A DNA stretch of 64,000 bases from Candidatus Ozemobacteraceae bacterium (GCA_965140445.1 OZ223236.1:1824001-1888000), one strand, 5' to 3'. Shown: positions 19,062 to 29,352, counted from the stretch's first letter. The notes: generated by a model from the letters alone, not told the origin. Translations and numbers: made by a program.

Positions 19062-20578
19062 CCCAGGAAGCTTCACTAAAGAAACGCTATTTACTTAAGC
19101 TAATTGCAAACATAATAAATGGATTGGTTAACATTGTAATTGTCGCAGTTGTTCCCTCAGCGTTGGGCTCTATTAGTTATGGAGTTTTTACATATTTACA
19201 GCGATTTTTTACTCAGTTTGCCGGTTTTATGGATGCTGGGACTTCTATTGCCTTTTTTACCAAGTTGTCAGCTCAACCTTCTCGAAAGGAATTACTGAGT
19301 TTTTATAGCTTGTATTCTATTGGTGTTCTCCTATTCATGGGGATATCAATTTATTTGATAAACTTTTTTGGTTTTGAAGAGACCATTTTACCTGGAATTC
19401 CTCATGAATTTGTTTATCATGGCTTATTTTTTGGATTTCTATTTTGGTTAAGTCAAAATTTTATCAGAGTTTCTGATGCTTATGCCTTAACGGTCTCAAT
19501 TGAAATTGCCAAAATTGTCCAAAAATTGTCAGCTCTCGCTCTCTTAGGGGTAATAATAAAGTTTGTTGGTCTTGATCTAAAGAGCTATTACTATTTTCAA
19601 TATTTAACACTTCTTATTTTCTTTATCTTAGCTCTGGCTGTTTTCGCCAAGAAGAAAATTTGCAGTATTGGAGAGCTTTTCAAAAGATTTAGTTTCCTGA
19701 AAATTTCAAAAGAGTTTTTTTCGTATGTTTCACCACTATTTGTCTATAATCTTGTAAGCCTCGTGGCTTGTACAATTGACCTGTGGGTTTTACAGAAGGT
19801 TAATGGATCTAGCGAAACTGGCTTTTATGGGCTTGCATTTCAGATTGCTGCGATGTGCTTTTTGTTTACAAGCGCAATGACTCCAGTTATTACAAGAGAG
19901 TTTTCAAAGCATTTCGAGGAAAACAGAATAGATGAAATACAGCGGTTGTACTACCGATATATTCCAATGCTATATGCAATTGCAGCATATTTTGGAGTAT
20001 TTATTTCTATTCAAGCAAAAAATCTGATTTTCATTTTTGCTGATGCCAACTTTCTTCCTGCCTTTTATCCACTAATAATTATGGGATTTTATCCGATTCA
20101 CCAGACCTACGGCCAGCTGAGTGGGGCAATTTTCTATTCTACTGGAAAAACAAGAAAATATAGAGATATTGGCGTGATAACTATGCTAATTGGATTGTTA
20201 CTTACCTATATATTTATGGTGCATTTTAAGCTTGGGGCTTCTGGATTGGCTTTAAAAATGGTTTTAACCCAACTGTTGTCTGTAAATATAATGCTTTACT
20301 ATAATTGCAGGGATTTAGATTTGAAGCACCGGTTTTTTTTAAAACATCAGGTTGGAGCTGTGATTTTCTTCTTGTTAATGGGAATTCTTTCGGCCAGAGA
20401 TTTTCATCTATCTCCAACGCTAAATTTTATTGCCTCTGGAATGCTATATTCATTCCTTGTAATGGTTATAGCAGGACGTTTTTTTCCATCTGTTTTTTCT
20501 TTGAGTAAAGATGAAATTGTGATATACACGCAAAAAATATTCGCTTTCCTAAAGAAAAGATTTAGAATTAACGAGTAA
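19058..20578 (+). CDS. wzx: Oligosaccharide flippase (MATE-like Wzx)
   Basis: 506 aa with many TM segments; LG...YG, ID..VL......ETGFYGLA, LGASGLA patterns. Confidence 0.85.
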   Translation: MTQEASLKKRYLLKLIANIINGLVNIVIVAVVPSALGSISYGVFTYLQRFFTQFAGFMDAGTSIAFFTKLSAQPSRKELLSFYSLYSIGVLLFMGISIYLINFFGFEETILPGIPHEFVYHGLFFGFLFWLSQNFIRVSDAYALTVSIEIAKIVQKLSALALLGVIIKFVGLDLKSYYYFQYLTLLIFFILALAVFAKKKICSIGELFKRFSFLKISKEFFSYVSPLFVYNLVSLVACTIDLWVLQKVNGSSETGFYGLAFQIAAMCFLFTSAMTPVITREFSKHFEENRIDEIQRLYYRYIPMLYAIAAYFGVFISIQAKNLIFIFADANFLPAFYPLIIMGFYPIHQTYGQLSGAIFYSTGKTRKYRDIGVITMLIGLLLTYIFMVHFKLGASGLALKMVLTQLLSVNIMLYYNCRDLDLKHRFFLKHQVGAVIFFLLMGILSARDFHLSPTLNFIASGMLYSFLVMVIAGRFFPSVFSLSKDEIVIYTQKIFAFLKKRFRINE

Positions 20579-20603
20579 CAAATTGATTTGGTTGGAGGAC
20601 TAA

Positions 20604-21359
20604 GTGTCGCTAAAGAAAAAATTGCAGAATAATCAGTTAACAATAGGTTCATGGGTTACAATTGGCCATGTAAATGTTGTTGAAATTCTTGCTACGGCTG
20701 GTTTTGAATGGCTAGTGGTAGATATGGAGCATACATCAATTGATTTAACAACCGCACAAATTCTTATTTCAACAATTCAGGCAAATGGTATGTCTGCTTT
20801 GGTTAGGGTTAGCAAGAATGAAGAGGTTATTATTAAGCGCGTTCTAGATATGGGGGCAGATGGAGTTATTGTTCCCATGGTGAATTCAGGGGAAGATGCT
20901 CAAAGAGCTGTTGAATTTGTAAAGTATCCACCCATTGGAAAGCGTGGAGTAGGACTGTATCGAGCTCAGAAATATGGTTTAGGATTTGAAGAATATAAAA
21001 AGAGAGTCGATGAAGAAATCGTACTTATTGCTCAAATTGAGCATAAAGACGCGGTTGAAAATATTAATGATATTATTGGAACTGACGGAATTGATGGAAC
21101 AATTATTGGGCCTTATGATTTGTCTGGGTCAATGGGAGTTCCCGGTGAATATCACCTGCCAATGGTTCAAGACGCCTTAGCAAAGGTGGTAGCAGCCTGC
21201 AAAGAAAAGAAATTCCCATTAGGATTTCATGTAATTCAATCAAGTTCTGAAAAAATGGATGAAAAGATTGCTGAAGGGTATACTTTTCTAGCATTTAGTT
21301 TGGACTTTTTCTTCCTTGGCGACAAAGCAAGGGAAGAAATGAAAAAATTGGGTAGGTAA
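20604..21359 (+). CDS. HpcH/HpaI (GarL/RhmA-like) pyruvate aldolase
   Basis: GFEWLVVDMEH, LVRV, LDMGADGVIVPMV, YPPIGKRG, QIE, GPYDLS. Confidence 0.92.
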   Translation: MSLKKKLQNNQLTIGSWVTIGHVNVVEILATAGFEWLVVDMEHTSIDLTTAQILISTIQANGMSALVRVSKNEEVIIKRVLDMGADGVIVPMVNSGEDAQRAVEFVKYPPIGKRGVGLYRAQKYGLGFEEYKKRVDEEIVLIAQIEHKDAVENINDIIGTDGIDGTIIGPYDLSGSMGVPGEYHLPMVQDALAKVVAACKEKKFPLGFHVIQSSSEKMDEKIAEGYTFLAFSLDFFFLGDKAREEMKKLGR

Positions 21360-21361
21360 AT

Positions 21362-22210
21362 ATGAATATTATAGCTATTATCCCAGCAAGAATGGGCTCA
21401 AGCCGTTTTCCTGGAAAGCCTATGGCAAAAATCCTTGATATGCCTATGGTTGGACATGTTTATAACAGAGTGAAAATGAGTAAATCTCTCACGGAAGTTT
21501 TTGTTGCGACCTGTGACCAGGAGATTTTTGATTACATAGAATCTATTGGTGGTAAAGCAATTATGACTGCTGATACCCATGAAAGATGTTCTGACAGATG
21601 TGCTGAAGCAATGCTTAAGGCTGAAGAACAAATGGGAAAAAAATGCGACATAATCGTAATGGTTCAGGGGGATGAGCCTTTGACCAGGCCTGAAATGGTT
21701 GATGAAGCAACCGAACCAATGATAAAAGATCCAAGTATTAAGATTACTAATCTTCTTGGGAAAATTTATTCAGTAGATGAGTTTGCTGATCCAAACGAAG
21801 TTAAAGTGGTTGTAGACAATCATTCAAATGCTCTTTATTTTTCAAGAGAGCCTGTCCCATCTGTAAAAAAGATTGGCTTAAAGGGGTTAGAAGAATTTTT
21901 AGGAAAAAAAATGAGTATTGATCAGCTCTTAAATTTTAATCCTACACTAAAAAATGATTTTAAGCCATATAAACAGGTTTGTATTATTCCTTTTCGTAGA
22001 GACTTTTTGCTGGAGTTCAATAACTTAACACCAACAGCTCTAGAAAAAATTGAATCGGTAGATATGATGAGAATTTTGGAAAGCGGAGAAAAAGTTAAGA
22101 TGATTCCCACAAAGTATGACGTTAAAGCAGTGGATACAATTCAAGATCTTGAAAAAGTTTGTGAAATTATGAAGAAAGATAGCTTGTATAAGTTATATGG
22201 TGAAAAATAA
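21362..22210 (+). CDS. KdsB-like CMP-ulosonate cytidylyltransferase (variant, with insertion)
   Basis: IPARMGSSRFPGKP, VQGDEP, ALYFSR, LE..ES, AVDT..DL; lacks the HxGxY of housekeeping KdsB. Confidence 0.88.
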   Translation: MNIIAIIPARMGSSRFPGKPMAKILDMPMVGHVYNRVKMSKSLTEVFVATCDQEIFDYIESIGGKAIMTADTHERCSDRCAEAMLKAEEQMGKKCDIIVMVQGDEPLTRPEMVDEATEPMIKDPSIKITNLLGKIYSVDEFADPNEVKVVVDNHSNALYFSREPVPSVKKIGLKGLEEFLGKKMSIDQLLNFNPTLKNDFKPYKQVCIIPFRRDFLLEFNNLTPTALEKIESVDMMRILESGEKVKMIPTKYDVKAVDTIQDLEKVCEIMKKDSLYKLYGEK

Positions 22211-23070
22211 TGGGACTAAAACATAAACTTTTATCGTTGGCTGTAGGCTGCTATTCTAGCTTATATAAAATTCTTCCCAAAGTTCTTGGCGAGAGATTGG
22301 CCTCTGAAACCAGTGAAGTTCTTCCTCCAATTTCAAAAATTGAAACAAAATATGGGACTCTTAAGCTATATAGCTTTGGAAGAGTACCTCTTTTCCGTGC
22401 AATTACTTTTCATTCCAAGGAACCAGAAACTCTAGAATGGATTGATGGAATGAAGTCTGGGGAAACTCTTTGGGATATAGGCGCAAACGTTGGAATTTAC
22501 TCAGCTTATGCGGGACTTAAGGGAATGAAAGTTTGCGCTTTTGAGCCCTCAGCTTTAAATACTTTTTTATTAGCAAAAAACATTTGTATTAATTCGCTTG
22601 GTAAAAATGTTTTGTTTTATTGTCTCGCCGTTGCTGATAAAAATGAATTCGGTTTTTTGAATATGACATCTCATGAGGCTGGCGGTGCTTTTAGTGAGTT
22701 TGCGGCAAAAGACGTCGAACTGAAGAGTCTGAACCAAAACGGCTGCGAAGTTGAGGTCATTTCTCAACAAGCAATGTTTTCTTATTCAATTGATGAGCTC
22801 GTTGAAAAATACAGTTTTGAAATTCCAAATCATATTAAGATCGATGTGGACAGCATTGAAGAAAAAATCATACTTGGTGCAGATAAAACTCTATTTAGCC
22901 CTGTTGTAAAAAGTCTTTTGGTTGAGTTGGATGAAAACGACCCTGCAACAGCTAGAATTGAAGCTTTTCTAAAAGAAAGAGGGTTTAGTTTGAGCGCTAA
23001 GAAGCATTCAGAATTGATTCAAAAAAGTAAATTTAACACAGGTTATAATTACATTTTTACAAAGGGTTAA
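22210..23070 (+). CDS. FkbM family methyltransferase
   Basis: KEPETLEWI, WDIGANVGIYS, AFEP, PNHIKIDVD. Confidence 0.9.
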   Translation: MGLKHKLLSLAVGCYSSLYKILPKVLGERLASETSEVLPPISKIETKYGTLKLYSFGRVPLFRAITFHSKEPETLEWIDGMKSGETLWDIGANVGIYSAYAGLKGMKVCAFEPSALNTFLLAKNICINSLGKNVLFYCLAVADKNEFGFLNMTSHEAGGAFSEFAAKDVELKSLNQNGCEVEVISQQAMFSYSIDELVEKYSFEIPNHIKIDVDSIEEKIILGADKTLFSPVVKSLLVELDENDPATARIEAFLKERGFSLSAKKHSELIQKSKFNTGYNYIFTKG

Positions 23071-23129
23071 AATTGTTCATTTTGTTTCAATAATAAATTA
23101 GCATGTACAATCAAATTTAAGGATTTAGT

Positions 23130-24050
23130 ATGAAATTAGCTGTGACTTCGCCTTCCTTCTCTAAGCACTCTGTCTTACAGAAGGAAGTAGATAAATACTT
23201 TCCTGGGGCAAGATTAAACACCTCTGGAGAGAGATTATCTGGAGATTCTTTAGTAAAATTTGTTGGAGATGCAGATGCACTTATTGTTGGCTTGGAAATC
23301 GTTGATGCTTCTTTCCTAGATCAATGTAAGAATTTAAAAATGGTCTCCAAATATGGAGTTGGGCTGGATAATATTGCAGTTAGAGAATGTGAAGCGCGTG
23401 GAATTAAAGTTGGATGGCGCGGAGGGGTTAATAAGCTTTCGGTAGCAGAAATGGCTCTTGGATTTATGCTGATGCTAGGTCGAAATCTTTTTGTCACAGC
23501 AAATCAGATAAAAAATGGTGTTTGGAATAAAACCGGTGGTTTTCAGCTAAGTGGTAAAACGGTCGGAATTATTGGTTTTGGCCATATTGGGAAGGAAGTT
23601 GCACGGCTTTTGGCTCCTTTTAATTGTGAATTGTTGGTAAATGACATTATTGATGTAAAGGAGGCTTGTATTTCTTTAAATTGCATTGAATGTACTAAAG
23701 AAGAAATCTTTATCAGGGCAGATTTTGTGACTATACATGCTCCTCTTACAGATTTAACTAGAAACCTTATAGATATTGAAACGCTAGGAAAAATGAAAAA
23801 CTCATCTTTCGTTATTAATACCGCCAGAGGAGGAATTGTAAATCAGAATGATTTGAAAAAAGCCTTAAAAGACGGTTTAATTGCGGGTGCTGCACTTGAC
23901 GTGTTCGATAATGAGCCGGAAGATGATACAGAGCTTTTTACTTTTCCAAATCTGATAGGCACCCCGCATATTGGAGGGAATGCCAGAGAAGCTGTTGAAG
24001 CAATGGGGCTTAGTGCAATAGAACATTTAAGGAAGTTTTTTAAACTATGA
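23130..24050 (+). CDS. D-2-hydroxyacid dehydrogenase (phosphoglycerate dehydrogenase-like, no ACT domain)
   Basis: KYGVGLDN, GIIGFGHIG, INTARG, ALDVF..EP, TPHIGG. Confidence 0.9.
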   Translation: MKLAVTSPSFSKHSVLQKEVDKYFPGARLNTSGERLSGDSLVKFVGDADALIVGLEIVDASFLDQCKNLKMVSKYGVGLDNIAVRECEARGIKVGWRGGVNKLSVAEMALGFMLMLGRNLFVTANQIKNGVWNKTGGFQLSGKTVGIIGFGHIGKEVARLLAPFNCELLVNDIIDVKEACISLNCIECTKEEIFIRADFVTIHAPLTDLTRNLIDIETLGKMKNSSFVINTARGGIVNQNDLKKALKDGLIAGAALDVFDNEPEDDTELFTFPNLIGTPHIGGNAREAVEAMGLSAIEHLRKFFKL

Positions 24051-24943
24051 GGAAAGTGATCGTATTTGGTGGAAGTGGGTTCTTAGGAAGTTACGTTGCT
24101 GATGAATTATCCAATCGTGGTTATGACGTTACTATTGCAGATGTCCGAAAATCCATTTATCTAAAGGATTCTCAAAAATTTGTAAAATGTGACATTTTGA
24201 ATCTTGAAAGAGTTAAAAAGATCGTTCATGGAAGCGACATTGTTTACAACTTTGCTGGATTGGCCGATTTAAATGTTGCTATCAATGTTCCCTTGCAAGC
24301 AATAAAACTGAATGTAACTGGAAATTTGAATATTCTTGAGGCTTGTAAGGAAGCGAATATTAAACGCTTTGTTTATGCCAGCAGTGCGTATGCATTTAAC
24401 ACCAAAGGTTCTTTTTATGGTATTAGCAAACATGCGTCAGAAAAGCTGGTGGAGGAATTTTATAATAGGTACCGGCTTGAGTATACTATTATTAGATACG
24501 GCTCTCTCTACGGCGACAGAGCAGACTCCTCTAACTATATTTTTAAATTGCTTTCTAGCGCAATTGAGAATAAAGAAATTGTCTTGAAAGGCGATGAAAA
24601 TGAAGCTCGTGAATACATCCACGCTGCAGATGCGGCAAGACTTTCGGTTAACATAGTTGAGGATGAGCAATTTATAAATGGGCATTTGATTTTGACCGGG
24701 ATTGAAAAATTGAGGCGAAAAGATCTTTTTACAATGATTCAGGAAATTTTACGTGAGCCTATAAAAATCAAAAGAGTAGATCCAAACTATCTTGGGCACT
24801 ATAAGGTAACTCCGTATGAATATTTACCAAACTCATCTAAAAAGCTGGTTGCCAATCCTTTTATTGATATGGGACAAGGATTGGTTGATTGTATAAAGGC
24901 TATCTATGCAGCAAAAGAAACTTTTGAATATAATGATGATTAA
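24047..24943 (+). CDS. NAD-dependent epimerase/reductase (extended SDR)
   Basis: GGSGFLG, YASS, YGISK (YxxxK), RYGSLYG. Confidence 0.88.
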   Translation: MRKVIVFGGSGFLGSYVADELSNRGYDVTIADVRKSIYLKDSQKFVKCDILNLERVKKIVHGSDIVYNFAGLADLNVAINVPLQAIKLNVTGNLNILEACKEANIKRFVYASSAYAFNTKGSFYGISKHASEKLVEEFYNRYRLEYTIIRYGSLYGDRADSSNYIFKLLSSAIENKEIVLKGDENEAREYIHAADAARLSVNIVEDEQFINGHLILTGIEKLRRKDLFTMIQEILREPIKIKRVDPNYLGHYKVTPYEYLPNSSKKLVANPFIDMGQGLVDCIKAIYAAKETFEYNDD

Positions 24944-24967
24944 GAAGATTAAAGGGACGATATTCTA

Positions 24968-25591
24968 ATGATAAAGGCAATAATTTTTGATTTCGATGGT
25001 GTAATTGTAGACTCCATGAAATTGAAAACAGAGGCATTTGTAAATCTTTTTTTGGAATATCCCGAAGATCAGGTGGAGCATTTAAGGAGGTTTCATCTTG
25101 AAAATGGTGGGTTATCGAGGTTTGTAAAGATACGGTACTTTTATGAGAAAATTCTTAACCTCAAGATTAGTGAGGAACAAGTAAATAGTCTTTCAGAAAA
25201 GTTTTCAGAATATATAAAGGCTAGATTGGCGGATAAGAAATTTCTTATTCACGATGCCTTAGATTACATAAAAGTTGCAGCAAAAAAATTTCAGCTTCAT
25301 ATTGCGTCTGGTGCCGAACAAAATGAACTTAGATTTCTTGCAGGAAAGCTTGAGATTGCAACTTATTTTAAGTCCATAAAGGGTTCTCCAATTCCTAAAA
25401 AGGTTCTGGTAAAAAATATCCTTGAAGAAAATCTTTATCAACCTGAGGAAGTCGTTTTAATTGGCGATAGTCGCAATGATTTGGAAGCTGCTGAACATAA
25501 TGGAATTGTTTTTTTTGGATACAATAATCCAGAATTAAAGGGAATAAATAATTACCTGGAAAGAATGGGAGATATTGATCTTGGAAATTAG
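24968..25591 (+). CDS. HAD-superfamily phosphatase
   Basis: FDFDGV, ASG, K, IGDSRND motifs. Confidence 0.9.
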   Translation: MIKAIIFDFDGVIVDSMKLKTEAFVNLFLEYPEDQVEHLRRFHLENGGLSRFVKIRYFYEKILNLKISEEQVNSLSEKFSEYIKARLADKKFLIHDALDYIKVAAKKFQLHIASGAEQNELRFLAGKLEIATYFKSIKGSPIPKKVLVKNILEENLYQPEEVVLIGDSRNDLEAAEHNGIVFFGYNNPELKGINNYLERMGDIDLGN

Positions 25592-26336
25592 TATGAACTT
25601 ATGTAATGGAGAATCCAGCACGTCTGATCAAAATCGGATTTTTGAATTTAGAAAGCCAGATCAGGAAATATTTGACTATTTGCTGTTTTTTGATTCACGT
25701 GGGTTATGTGTTGAAGATGGCTCAGACCAATCAGAGTCTCATTTGCACTTACTTATGGAAAAATTGAAAGAGATGCAAAAAAGTTTTATTTGCATTTCCA
25801 GACCCAAGAATTTGACGACTTTTGTTACGTTAGTGAACTTTTTAATGATTTATTCAGATCTAAACTTTTCACATCTCATAACTAATCAGGGTTTTGTTGA
25901 TTGCACACCAAAAAAACAAGAAAATATGAAAGACCTGGAGTTGCAATTTAATCAGTTTTTACCTAAAGATTATAGTTTAATTCAGCTCGGAGATTATAAG
26001 CTGAGTAATGGTGAAATAGAGCCTCTTTTTTTCTATGAGTATGGAGAGGATTTAATTTATTTTATCGCAGATTTACTTGAAAAAAGATTTACTTCGTCTT
26101 TGTTTTTAAATACCCCACTAATTGATATTAATGAAAAATTCGCCCGGGTTAGACCGCCAGAGTTTTATTCTCAACTTCAAGTAACAAATGATTTGGTAAA
26201 GCAGATTGCAGCTAAGGTTAAAAATGGGGAAGTTATTTCTCTTGATTCCATAGCACCTGTAAAGACTTTTGACGCAGTTCATTTTAAGTTAAACACTCAT
26301 AAAGATCTTTTTAACCTGCTTCAGGAATATTTATAA
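25575..26336 (+). CDS. Hypothetical protein, possibly SGNH-hydrolase fold
   Basis: FDSRG (GDS-like block I), GFVD (block III-like), DAVH (DxxH). Confidence 0.5.
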   Translation: MILEISMNLCNGESSTSDQNRIFEFRKPDQEIFDYLLFFDSRGLCVEDGSDQSESHLHLLMEKLKEMQKSFICISRPKNLTTFVTLVNFLMIYSDLNFSHLITNQGFVDCTPKKQENMKDLELQFNQFLPKDYSLIQLGDYKLSNGEIEPLFFYEYGEDLIYFIADLLEKRFTSSLFLNTPLIDINEKFARVRPPEFYSQLQVTNDLVKQIAAKVKNGEVISLDSIAPVKTFDAVHFKLNTHKDLFNLLQEYL

Positions 26337-27865
26337 TGCGCAAAGCACGGGAGGTTTTCGAAAAATTTGATGAGATCAATGTTGGTTTCCAGAGCTTTGT
26401 TGCAAGGATTAAAGAGGAAGTTGGTAATTCAATTTACTTTGTAATCAATCCTACATTGGTTAAGAACCCTTATTGTAGCAAGTTTCCTGTGAGGTATTTT
26501 TTTAAGGATTTTACCCATAAAAAATCTGCAGCAAAGTTTCTATTCAATTCGGGATATATTTGGGCCAAGCTAGTTTTTCTTTTGTTAATAAATTTTACTT
26601 TTTTTCTTTTTTACAAAATTTTTGGTCGAAGGAAAGAAATTTTTTCGGATGCAGAGGTTATTGTTGATTCTTATTTAAGACTTGATATTTTGCCGCAAAC
26701 AAATAGTCTCGTGGATAAGTTGTATTTTCCTGGAATGCGAGAGTCCTTGAGATATAGTGGCAATAAAACCCTTTTCCTGCCCAGGCTTTTAAACAAGAAT
26801 ACCAATAATAGAAACTTTGGTTTGTTAAAAAAATTAATAGAGTTAATAAAAGACAGTCCTGAGGACAGTGTAGTGTTGGAATTTGATATTTTAAGTTTTT
26901 TGGATTACCTAAAGATGCTTTTTATTATCTTTTGTTACCCATTTAGGCTATTAAGGGCTTTACAACCAAGCGTTTCGAGTGAAAATGAACAATTTAATGC
27001 CTGCTTAATTGAAGATTTGCGAACTATTGATTTTGAGGCCATTAAGAGATTTCTGATTGGAAAGAAACTCGGGAAATTAAAGCAGCTGAAAACTGTTATT
27101 TCCTGGTGCGAGTTTCAAGCTCAGGAGCGTGGATTTTTTCTTGGAATTCGACAGTCAGGTTCCTCTGCCTGTATTGTTGGATGTCAGTTTTACTTAAACT
27201 ATTTAGCATATTTGAACTCCTTTCCAGAAACCCTTGATCACAACTTGAAATTTGCTCCTGACGTCATGTTGGTAAATGGGAAGGCGTTCTTGAGAAATGT
27301 GGAAAAGATTGATTATAAAGTTGGGGTTGCCTTGCGCTACCAGAAAGTTTTTTCATTCGAAAAGAAGCAGATTGATAAGGCAAGCACTCTACCTGTATTT
27401 CTTGCTTCTTACATTGTTCAGGAAACTATAGAATTGATTAACTATGCGAAATCCTTAAATACCAAAATCATTTTGAAGCTTCACCCAACACAAAAGCCCG
27501 AGTTTTTTAAGGATGAAATTAATTCCAACATTGTTTTTGCCGAGAACAGCATTTATGATCTTTTTGAAGAAAATTTAATTTTCATTTCTACAGCATCTGG
27601 TAGTGCCGTTGAAGCTGTTGCTTGTGGAAAAACCGTTGTAATTGTAGGAAGTAGAGATAATCTTACCGCCAATCCATTGATTGAAACAGGTAGGGGAGAA
27701 ATCTGGGATATTGTTTTTGAAGAATCGGAAATGCTTGAAGTTATGGAAAAGTTGGTAAGATTTAGAAGTGAAAATCCAGAAAGGATTGAGGAGTTATCCA
27801 ACTGGTATAAGGAGAACTTTTTTGAAAGAGAAAACAAAGACTACTTGAAATTTCTTTTTGTTTAG
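26336..27865 (+). CDS. Hypothetical protein; second candidate CMP-ulosonate transferase (GT-B-like)
   Basis: 509 aa; KLHP and STASGSAVEA motifs in the C-terminal domain. Confidence 0.5.
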   Translation: MRKAREVFEKFDEINVGFQSFVARIKEEVGNSIYFVINPTLVKNPYCSKFPVRYFFKDFTHKKSAAKFLFNSGYIWAKLVFLLLINFTFFLFYKIFGRRKEIFSDAEVIVDSYLRLDILPQTNSLVDKLYFPGMRESLRYSGNKTLFLPRLLNKNTNNRNFGLLKKLIELIKDSPEDSVVLEFDILSFLDYLKMLFIIFCYPFRLLRALQPSVSSENEQFNACLIEDLRTIDFEAIKRFLIGKKLGKLKQLKTVISWCEFQAQERGFFLGIRQSGSSACIVGCQFYLNYLAYLNSFPETLDHNLKFAPDVMLVNGKAFLRNVEKIDYKVGVALRYQKVFSFEKKQIDKASTLPVFLASYIVQETIELINYAKSLNTKIILKLHPTQKPEFFKDEINSNIVFAENSIYDLFEENLIFISTASGSAVEAVACGKTVVIVGSRDNLTANPLIETGRGEIWDIVFEESEMLEVMEKLVRFRSENPERIEELSNWYKENFFERENKDYLKFLFV

Positions 27866-28017
27866 GTTGCTTTTTCAAAGCACATTCGATTTATGTACCT
27901 GGGTAATCTTGATAAGTTTCAAAAACAGTGAGTGCGTTTGAAACAGCTCTTTAAATCTTAATTGATACTTCTAAATTCATTTTTATCTAGATTTTCAACT
28001 TCCGATGCAATATAATT

Positions 28018-29352
28018 TTGTTCTATTACAAGTTGCTAGAGGATTTAGTCAGTTTTCCCAAAATGTTAAGCATTGTCAAAAAAATAATTGCAAACCTCCC
28101 ATCTTATCCACATTACAAAATGAATGTTTACTGTGGATCGAACACCTATGAAGAGATAAAGATCGCAGTAAAAATGCTTCTGGGAATTTCTAAAGGCGAA
28201 AATGCTGATGACTTTTTACGGGAACTAAGTAGTTTTTTAAATGCTGACGCCATTTTTACTTTTGCTGCAGGGCGAATGGGGCTTTTCAGCATACTTAGAT
28301 CTATAGGTATCAAGCCCGGTGAGGAAGTTATTATTCCAGCCTTTACCTGCGCGGTAGTACCGAATGCGATAATTTACAGTGGTGGAAAACCCGTTTATTG
28401 TGATGTTGGATTCGAGGATTTTAATATAGAAGTTGCGGCTATTGAAATGCTTATTACAGATAAAACGCGTGCAATATATGCTCAGCACACATTTGGACAG
28501 ATGTGCAATGTTGAAAAAATAAAAAAAATTGCAAAGAAGTTCAACTTGATTGTTATCGAGGATGTCGCGCTAGCTCTAGGGGCTGCAACAAATGAGGGAA
28601 TGGCTGGAACTCTTGGCGATTTCAGTCTATTTTCGACTGATAGATCAAAGGTTATAAATACTGGCCTTGGTGGATTTGTTTGCGTGAATAACAAAAAGTA
28701 TCTACCAGCTTTTAGTGAGTTTTACAAGGATTTACCTGCCCCTGGGGTCCGATTACAAAAAAGGATCCTTTTCACTTTTATTGTAAACTTAATCACGATG
28801 AACCCTTATTGTTATTGGATTGGAAAATTCATTAATACCAGTCTCACTTTTACAAATATTTTGACATATTTTGGTGATGAATTGAAGACCAGTATTCCAG
28901 AAGATTATCCTTATCCAGCGAAGCTTGGCAATATACAGGCAACATTGGGATATCATCAAATTAAAGGAATAAGAAAAAATCTTGAGCATAGAAAGACCGT
29001 GGCAAGGTTTTATAATAGTATTCTTAATTACTATTCTGAAGATTATATTGATTCCGCAGAAAATATTTTTTTAAGGTATTCTTTTCTGGTAAGAAATAGA
29101 GATGCCTGGGAAGAAAAATTTTCGTCTTTAATAGATACAAGTGTCTGGTTTAAAACTATTGCCTGTGGTCGAAATGATTCTTGGAATGAGATTTTTTACG
29201 AAGAAGGAAGCTGTGTAAATGCGGAGTGCGCAACTTCAGAAATTTTTAATTTACCAACTCATAGTAAAATAAAACCAGAAAAACTCACAAAACTACTGCT
29301 GGAATTAAAGAATTCTGGCGACTTGATTTTTCAAGGCAAGGAGAAAAAATGA
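28018..29352 (+). CDS. DegT-family PLP aminotransferase with a hydrophobic internal insertion
   Basis: EEVIIPAFTC, QHTFG, IEDVA, FSTDRSK, NLPTH; true start probably ATG 28063 or later. Confidence 0.85.
   Translation: MFYYKLLEDLVSFPKMLSIVKKIIANLPSYPHYKMNVYCGSNTYEEIKIAVKMLLGISKGENADDFLRELSSFLNADAIFTFAAGRMGLFSILRSIGIKPGEEVIIPAFTCAVVPNAIIYSGGKPVYCDVGFEDFNIEVAAIEMLITDKTRAIYAQHTFGQMCNVEKIKKIAKKFNLIVIEDVALALGAATNEGMAGTLGDFSLFSTDRSKVINTGLGGFVCVNNKKYLPAFSEFYKDLPAPGVRLQKRILFTFIVNLITMNPYCYWIGKFINTSLTFTNILTYFGDELKTSIPEDYPYPAKLGNIQATLGYHQIKGIRKNLEHRKTVARFYNSILNYYSEDYIDSAENIFLRYSFLVRNRDAWEEKFSSLIDTSVWFKTIACGRNDSWNEIFYEEGSCVNAECATSEIFNLPTHSKIKPEKLTKLLLELKNSGDLIFQGKEKK

Noticed and set aside
27916..27944. 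GTTTCAAA...TTTGAAAC inverted repeat resembling CRISPR repeat ends
   Set aside because: Single copy, with no spacer array or cas genes
28018..29352. RfbH/DdhC 3-dehydrase (3,6-dideoxyhexose pathway)
   Set aside because: Has Lys at the PLP position and lacks the RfbH His and Fe-S cysteine motif; no partner reductase
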